From: Octopus vulgaris
Lineage: Eukaryota
Direction: 5' to 3'
Length of the DNA stretch: 64,000 nt
Assembly: GCA_951406725.2 (NCBI GenBank)
Contig: OX597819.1
Location: forward strand, 117,800,001 to 117,864,000
Shown here one piece after another: positions 55,418 to 64,000 of this stretch (positions within the stretch are counted from its first letter, which is position 1; every line of letters begins with the position of its first letter). Below the pieces are notes generated by a model. That model was not told the DNA's origin. It saw only the letters and a program-made list of their open reading frames with translations, and did not search any database. A program made the translations under genes and the position numbers.

Positions 55418-56010
55418 TGTGTGTGCATATCTCTGTTGATATACGCTGTTGGATCCCTGGTTTGTTCAATGCTGCTGTCAATGTGTAAACATGCTTTGCT
55501 ATATTAAATTGTAAGATCCATTAAAAGGTTATAGCTGTTATATAATAAATCTATAAAACTATTGCTTCTTTTAGTATGATTATCAGAGACAGACGTGCTT
55601 CACACATAGTATTGTCGGTCCTGGAAACCTGGACATATCGGTGATTGCACGCCCCAGTATCTACAATTAATTCCATAAGGCGCCAAAAACGTGATGTTTA
55701 CTAACGAATCACAAAGTGTCCGGAGTGATATTAGAGACTTTAGAATGCTATTTCAAACATCTAAATGTAAATGACCTGTTCATTTCGGTGATATTTATAG
55801 GTCGAATATCCCTCACCTTCCATTACTGAACTTAACTACGTAATGCTTGATAGTAAACACGTATCGCAATTATAACGAAATTCACAGAAGATGTATGGTA
55901 TCATTTCTTATGAAGTGGTAACCAGTAGACGAATATGGTTTGATTAGCTATGTTATTATTACGCTTATATATTTGTTTTGCAAGATTTTTTATGTGAAAT
56001 CGTGTGTTGA

Positions 56011-56271
56011 AACAGATATTGTTGTTTTTAGGAATGGTCATTTTGCCAGTTTAGTACGGAGACACACACAAATAAACTGACACACAAACAAGAACCCAAA
56101 GACCACAGATGCTGTCACAGGAGTGTGACGAAAGAACTCTCGCCGAAATAAGATTAAGATTAATGTAAAAAATATATAATGCTGAAGCAAAGTATGACCA
56201 AATATATAGTGCGTGTGTTTTTATTAGCTAAACTGGAAAAAAGACCATTCCTAAGTACAACAATATATGTT
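56011..56271. repeat. 44-bp imperfect inverted repeat enclosing a degenerate hammerhead-like motif
   Basis: 56011-56054 pairs with 56228-56271. Inside: CAGAUGC U GUCAC-AGGAGU-GUGAC GAAA GAAC UC (about 56106-56141). Confidence 0.65.
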
Positions 56272-56294
56272 ATTATTATTATTCACGTATCATA

Positions 56295-56710
56295 GGCAGA
56301 GAACTGGAAGAAGCGTTAGGACGTTGGCCAAACACTTAACATTTCTGCCGCTTTTATGTTTTGTGTTAAAATTCCGCCGTAGCCGACATTGTATTAAATC
56401 TTCGGAGTAATTAGCAATTCAACGTGGGCTATGGGTCCGTGTAATCGACTAGAATCCTTCCTCCAAATTTCTCGCCTTTTGCCGATAACAGAAAATATTA
56501 TTTAGGTCTCACATGATCATTTATTTAGCAGGTATATTGTTTTCGTGTTTGTTTACTACAAATAACATGAAATCTGAAGCACATAGTTACCGACTTTTCA
56601 AATCGCGCCGATGTGAGGTTTTCCGGGGCCATTAAAGTTGAGTAGTTCGATAGAGATGTAATCGGCTAAGCCCTACGTTATAAATTCCTGGACATCGGCC
56701 TAAAATTGAA
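56295..56710 (+). mobile_element. Old SINE family C relics (two)
   Basis: gaactggaagaagcgttaggacgttggcc...ttaaaattccgccgtagccgac; a second relic starts at about 56595. Confidence 0.5.
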
Positions 56711-56863
56711 ATTCTTCTTCTTCTTCTTCTTTTCTTCTTCTTCTTCTTCTTCTTCTTCTTCTTCTTCTTCTTCTTCTTCTTCTTCTTCTTCTTCTGGCTA
56801 TTGTAGCACCAGAAATAATACTAGTAGCGACAAACAAAGGCTACGAGAGTAGCAGCAACAGCT

Positions 56864-57074
<211 letters not shown>

Positions 57075-58740
57075 TCAGTAGTTTTATTTTTATAGTGTGC
57101 TTTCACTTCACTACCGAGCGCAGCTCTGTGTGCCTTGGGTATGTGCTGTGATTTGTTGTGATGCTCTGATGGTTATTGTATGGAAAGTGTTCTGCGTAGG
57201 ATGTGTGCTGTGCCTAGTAGTGCAATTTTCTGTATGTTATATGTGTTTGTAAGTCCTGGTGTTTTTGTTATGTATTTGTCTGAATATTTTTTTATCATGC
57301 CTAATGCACCTACTATGATAGGAATTGTTTCTGTTTTCAGGTTCCACATTCTAGTTACCTCTATTTCCAGGTCTTTGTATTTTGAGAGTTTCTCCATTTC
57401 TTTTAGAGACACGTTGTCATCTGCCGGTATTGATACATCAATTAGAAAGCATTTTTTTTCTTCATGATCTCTGACAACTATATCTGGTCTGTTGGCCTTA
57501 ATTTCTCTATCTGTGTGTATCGGCATATCTCAGAGTATGGTTGCTTTCTCGTTTTCTGTGACCTTTTCTGGTGTGTGCCTATACCATCATTTTTCTGTTG
57601 TTATTCCATAATGTTGGCATAGCTTCCAATGTATGTAGGTTCCAACTCTGTCATGTCTGTGAATATATTCCTTCTTAGCCAGGACTGGGCAGCTAGAGAT
57701 AATATGATTTATTGTTTCTTGTCCATCTCCACATATTCTGCAGTTACTTGTAATATTTCTTTTCATTACATGTTTTTGGTAATTTCTGGTGGGGAGGCTT
57801 TGGTCTTGTGCTGCAATTAAAAATCCCTCTGTTTCTGCTTTGAGTCCTGAGCTTCTCAACCATTGCTGGGATTTTTCTTTGTCTATTTCTTTTGTGTTTA
57901 GTTTAGTGCAGTATTTACCATGAAGGGGTTTTTCTTGCCATCGTTTTATCATGGCTCGTTGCTGTTCTATTTTTAGTTTGGATTTCATTTGTTTTATAGC
58001 TTTTGTTGTTTCTACATCATCTTCTTCTTCTTCTTTGTGTTTATTAGGTGGTATGATTTCTTGTTTGTATTTGTCAGCTTCCTTAAATACTGAGAACAGT
58101 TTTTTGTTTTGCTCGTGTTTTGCTGCTATCTGGATCAGTTTTCCTTCCTTCTGAAGTAGGTATTTTTGCAGTCCTATGGTGGTTATTTTATAGTAGTTTT
58201 CCAGCTGTATAAGGCCTCTACCACCTTCTATACTTTGTATATATAGTCTTTCTATGTCAGATTTTGGGTGATGCATCCTAGATCCTGTCAGTATTTTTCT
58301 TGTTTTCCTATCTATTTTGGACAGTTCATTTCGTGTCCAGTTAAGGATATTGTAGCTGTAACTTATAACTGGGACGGCTAAAGTGTTGATACCTATTATC
58401 TTGTTTTTAGCATTGAGCTCTGTGTTTAGTATTGATCTAACTCGTCTATAATATTCTTTTTTTATTTTCTCTTTCATTTGTGTGTGTTGTGTCTTATCTA
58501 GTTCATGGATTCCTAAGTATTTGTAAGTTTGGCTTTGGTCTAATTCTTTTATTTCATTTGCTTCATCTAGTGTGATGTTGTTACTCTTAACTAGTTTTCC
58601 TCTTTTCATGGTTACTTTGGCGCATTTTTCTAATCCAAATTTCATATCTATTTCTTTGGTAAATCCATGAACTGTCTTTAATAGTGTTTCCAGCTGTTTG
58701 TCATTTGCAGCGTATAGTTTTAGGTCATCCATATATAAAC
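57075..58740 (-). mobile_element. 5'-truncated R4/Dong-clade non-LTR retrotransposon
   Basis: One reading frame 58735-57173 with two in-frame TGA stops: YMDDLKLY (RT), YKYLG, GGRGL, CRICGDGQETINHIISSC (CCHC), RHD, NRPDIVV..IDVS..K..KY (REL endonuclease). ~100-bp 3' UTR; (TAA)n on both sides. Confidence 0.95.
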
Positions 58741-58768
58741 GGTTTTAGGTCATCCATATATAATATAA

Positions 58769-59080
<312 letters not shown>

Positions 59081-59974
59081 GCTCCTCACGGCATCTAGCA
59101 GTTTCAAATAGGAAAAGCCTGTTTGAAATATTTTCTTTCTAAATTCCGCTTTATTGTATTCAAACTATCTAATTCTAAGTCGGCCAAGGAGGCATCCGAT
59201 TTTCTTTGATCTATTGTCATTGTTTATCGTTTTATTCACCTCAAATTTTGGAATAACACATTTTATTTCCTTCATCACATTACACTTGAAAGCTTGGGCT
59301 TTCTGTAGGAGCTCTACCGAACATTCTGTTCCAATCTCTTGCAGCCATTTCTCTTGTATTATCCACTTTTATTCAAGCAAAGTTTGATATGCAAAGAGTT
59401 TCGAGTCTTAAAGCAAGAAAAGAAATAACGATGAAATGCTAACAAATACTAGAGAAGAAAAAATAGAGAAAATAGAGGATGAGGAAGACAGTAAGAGCAG
59501 ATAAGCACTAAAAGATTCATGGACACTACAGTATCAAAGGGGATTGGTGTACAGAATGGTTAGCCACTTGTAAAACGCACGCACAGCTACAAAAACAGAG
59601 AAGGAGTGACGAGGATAATAAAAGAGAATCTCCGAGACATGTTAGGGAAAAATATGTACGAAATAAGGATAACAGTACGCCGAATATTAATAGTAAGCTG
59701 AAAGATTGTGACGAGAATCAGAAAGTATGGATAAAGAAAATTCATGTAATGTGCATTGAAGTTCATTTATATTGAACACGATTGGGCATATTCTAACAAA
59801 ATATTGGAATAAACAAGTTGCAGCCTAACCGTTCAAAATCTGAACAATAACTAGACTATGTCTTCTTTAAGAGGCTTTATAATTCCTACTGAAGATCAAC
59901 ATCTGCGATATTAATAGGTTTTCTAGCTGCTGTATACGAAAAGCTTGCGGGAACTCAAACCTCTTCAAGTGTTT

Positions 59975-60637
59975 AAAAGGACCACGATTCGCTCCTCTGG
60001 AACTTCACCATTCAAACTGACAAAAAGTTAGATGCAAATAAACCAGACATTATATTGAAAGACTTCTGAAAAAAAAATCATGCCGCCTCATCGATATGCC
60101 TATCCCAATCGACATAAATATCAATACCTTTCAAAAACGAGCAAGTATAAAGATCTTGAAATAGAAATTGGCAAAATGTAGACCCTCAAGACAAAACCAA
60201 TAACTGTTGTCTTGTGTGGCCTAAGAACGAAAGCAAAAGTGGCTGATTTCTAGCTAGCGAAGATAACAGGAAATCCAAAAATGGGAGAAATTAAATAAAT
60301 AATGCTCATGGGAACTGCCCACACCCTGCGTAAATTATTGTCTATGTAATCCCCAAAAAATTCTAATCCGTAAACAGTGTCAAAATACTTTTAAATGTAC
60401 ATCACAACAAACACGTTTTACTGTCATCTTAACATAAGACTAGCATCTTATAATCAAATTACTTTGAAAGCAGACTTCTAGTTAACTTATGATTTGACAG
60501 ACAATACGCTGTGTGGAACGAAATATATTGCATCATAGTTATAACATCAACTTGAATTTCTAGTTTACTGTCTCTTGAGTTCTCTAGGTGAGACATGGCG
60601 TCAACTTGTACAAATGCAAAGCAAAAGCTAAACATAT
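59975..60637 (+). mobile_element. Decayed REL-LINE 3' part (third family)
   Basis: LLWNFTIQTDKKLDANKPDIILKDF...IDM.IP...KYKDLEIEI...IMLMGTAHTLRKLLSM*; 3' UTR remnant at 60540-60637, then (TAA)n. Confidence 0.85.
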
Positions 60638-60711
60638 TAATAATAATAATAATATTAATAATAATAATAATAATAATAATAACAACAACAAGAACAGCAA
60701 CAACAATAATG

Positions 60712-60778
<67 letters not shown>

Positions 60779-60804
60779 CAACAAGAACAGCAACAACAAT
60801 AATG

Positions 60805-60889
<85 letters not shown>

Positions 60890-60890
<1 letters not shown>

Positions 60891-61160
60891 TCAGATACCA
60901 GCAAACCCCAAGATGGCAAAAATTCAAAAGATAATGCTCATGGGAACTGCTCATATCCTACGCAAAATAATTTCTATGTAATCTGAAGTTTGAAAACAAA
61001 CGTATGATTTTTTAGGCATTCACTAGTACAACACTAAGTATAAAACCAAATATATGGCACCCTAGGCATAACACCAGCATGAACTTCCAGCTTGTCTCTT
61101 GAGGTCTTTGGGTGACACTTGGAGACAACTTGTACAAATGTAAAGCAAAACTCAAATATA
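60890..61160 (+). mobile_element. Second 3' end of the same REL-LINE family, inserted in the preceding (TAA)n tail
   Basis: QIPANPKMAKIQKIMLMGTAHILRKIISM* plus UTR ...tgtctcttgagg...caacttgtacaaatg.aaagcaaaa, flanked by (TAA)n. Confidence 0.85.
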
Positions 61161-61167
61161 TAATAAT

Positions 61168-61250
<83 letters not shown>

Positions 61251-61767
61251 TGATGATGAAGAAGATGCTGCTGCTTCTGCTGATGATGATGATGGTGATA
61301 ATGGTGATGGTAATGATGATGAACACCATATGATATGAAATTAAAAAAAACAGATTTTCTGTAAAATAATTTATAGTTGTATTAATTTCCGCAGATTTTG
61401 CTACTTACAATAAAAGAAAATTAAATCTAAATATCGTAAAAATATAGAATAAAATCATGTAATATATAGTATAATACATTATGATATAATATAATATAAT
61501 TAACGGAGTTATTATCTTTTATGGTATTATGTCCACGCATTTATTTTCAAAAGCATTATACGTCATCGATTTATACTTTGAGATAAGTACTGAAACCTCC
61601 TTATGCACACTAGTAGACGGAATATTTTAGCTAGTGTCAAGCAGCATTGTATACGACTGATATTTTGTAAAATATTTGATAGAAGCATATTGCGTGTAAT
61701 GAATAAAGTTTATCGTTATTTTTCGAACGTCAGTTTTAGATATGATATCATTGATAATAACATAACG

Positions 61768-62003
61768 AAGGCGACGAGCTGGCAGAATCGTTAGCACGCC
61801 GGACGAAATGCGTAGCCGTATTTCGTCTGCCGTTACGCTCTGAGTTCAAATTCCGCCGAGGTCTACTTTGCCTTTCATCCTTTCAGGCTCGATAAATTAA
61901 GTACCAGTTACGCACTGAAGTCGATGTAATCGACTTAATCCTTTTGCTTGTGCTCGTTTGTCCCCTCTGTGTTTAGCGCCCTGTAGGTAATAAAGGAACA
62001 GAT
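61768..62003 (+). mobile_element. SINE family C, full length
   Basis: aaggcgacgagctggcagaatcgttagc...gagttcaaattcc (A/B-box-like) plus core and tail. Confidence 0.9.
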
Positions 62004-62005
62004 AA

Positions 62006-62400
62006 TACTCTTTTACTCTTTTACTTGTTTCAGTCATTTGACTGCGGCCATGCTCGAGCACCTTCTTTAATCGAGCAAATAGACCACGGGACTTATTCTT
62101 TGTAAGCCCAGTACTTATTCTATCGGTCTCTTTTGCCGAACCGCTAGGTAACGGGGACGTAAACACACCACCATCGGTTGTCAAGCGTTGTTGGGGGGAC
62201 AAACACAGACAAGCACACACATATAAATACATGTACATATATCCGACAGGCTTCTTTCAGTTTCCGTCTACCAAATCCACTCACAAGGCATTGGTCGGCC
62301 CGAGGCTATAGCAGAAGACACTTGCCCAAGATGTCATGCAGTGGGACTGAACCCGGAACCATGTGATTGGTAATCAAGCTACTTACCACACAGCCACTCC
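62006..62400 (-). mobile_element. SINE family A, tail-to-tail with the SINE-C copy
   Basis: Reverse complement of 14270-14700. Confidence 0.92.
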
Positions 62401-63021
62401 CAACATAACTTTTAAAATATATATGAAAAATGTATATACGGACAAATATTTTGCGCCTACATAATCATTTTATATTTTGTAAAATCCTCACAATGTATAT
62501 TCAATGAATCAATTCACCGCTGTACTAGAGTAACGCCATCCTATATCCCCACCATTGACTTAAATTAATTTGTACCATTCTGTTACGTGAGTAATAAGTG
62601 ATAACACTTCAAACTTACGCAAATAAAAGGATAAGAATGAAAAACAATTGTCAAAAGCAGTTAAAATGATGACATATACTGAAATACAACACGCATGCTA
62701 AAAGCTTTGGGAAGCTATTCTTTGAATAGAGTCAATGCGTTCAGAAACACAATCTATAGTTTTTATCCCATTTCTTCCTTTGTTCTCTTGCAAGGTACCC
62801 CATTCTGCAATTGGAAATATTTTTCATTTCATTTCCTGTCATTGTATTCAGTGTGAAACTTTCTTTCTTTCTCTCTCTCTCCCTCTCCCTCTCTTCCTCT
62901 TTCCCATTTCCTCTCTCTCAATGCATGTATATATGCACTCACATATATACATACAAGTATATAAGCATATACTTGTGTGCATATATAAGCATATATGCAC
63001 ACACACACACATATATAGGTG

Positions 63022-63063
<42 letters not shown>

Positions 63064-63133
63064 TATATACACACATACTCACGCACACGCGCGCATAAAT
63101 ATATATATATATATATATGCTTCTTATATGTGT

Positions 63134-63460
63134 GTGAAGGTGCATATCTCAGTGCTTAGAGCATCGATCTTACGACCATGAAGTTGTGAGTTCCAATCCC
63201 GGACTGAGTTGCGTGTTGTGTTCTTGAGCAAGACAACTTATTTCAGTTCACTCAGCTGAAGAAATGAGTCGCGACGTAACAGGTGTCAAGCTGTATTGGC
63301 CCCTTTGCCTTACCCTTGGATGACACTGGTGACGTGGAGAGGGGAGGCCGGTATGCATGTGCGACTGCTGGTCTTCCATAAAGAACCTTGCCCACACTTG
63401 TGCCTTGGAGGGTAACTTTCTAGGAGCAATCACATGGTCATACGTGACCGGTGGTCTCCG
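63134..63460 (+). mobile_element. CORE-like tRNA-derived SINE
   Basis: Head gtgaaggtgcatatctcagtgcttagagc...gagttccaatcc; core gttgtgttcttgagcaagaca...ttcactcagctgaagaaatgagt (MIR-CORE-like); tail shared with 6485-6600. Confidence 0.82.
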
Positions 63461-64000
63461 ACTATATGTGTGTGTATAAGTTAATATATATATATATATA
63501 TATATTTACCCACCTGTGCTCAGATACATCAACCAATTTCCTGCAAGCGAGCGCATACGAAATAAAATAAGTTTAAATCGTATGACCAACTCACCCCATT
63601 TATACACACACACACACACACACACACATACACACACACACACACTTATATGCATAAACACACTAGTTTTTTTTTTTTTTTTTTCTTTGAGTGTATAATT
63701 CTCTCTCCTTTATCTCTCCATTTTTATCTCTCACACTTTTTTTCTTCACCGAGTACTTTCCCCTTTTACGTAGTCACACATACTCACAGTATGTGAAGAC
63801 CATCGGATGAACTTCTTTTTGTGGCTTCAATCATTAAATCCCACACTATAAAATATGGGGAATACAATATGTTGCTAGAACCTGGTGGTATCTCTCGAAT
63901 TAATGAGAAACAAGCACCAATTATTAAATGTTCTCCTTATAATTTATAAGATATACATTCCTACACTAGACACAAGGCCCAAAATTTTGTGGGTGGAGGC

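Overview
AT-rich, microsatellite-dense eukaryotic DNA with no convincing host protein-coding gene; it is intergenic or one large intron. The repeat families look like those of an octopus/coleoid cephalopod genome (inference). Almost all ORFs in the track are translations of simple repeats. Supportable content: (1) several tRNA-derived SINE families that share and swap head, core and tail modules; (2) a 5'-truncated R4/Dong-type LINE (RT, CCHC, REL endonuclease) in (TAA)n plus four more REL-LINE 3' ends, and RTE and CR1-like 3' ends; (3) three mariner relics, one with both TIRs; (4) two or three non-autonomous Helitrons; (5) two decayed Penelope-like (Neptune-type, GIY-YIG) elements. The most notable unannotated signal is about 16 minimal type-I hammerhead-ribozyme-like motifs (CUGAnGA / stem II / GAAA / short palindromic stem III / UH) from several unrelated sequence families, mostly beside (TA)n or (TG)n tracts and sometimes inside direct or inverted repeats. 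One is a U3-A8 covariant hammerhead capping a long rod-like stem in a young element with a 363-bp period (53978-54589). All calls were made by eye and none has been checked computationally.
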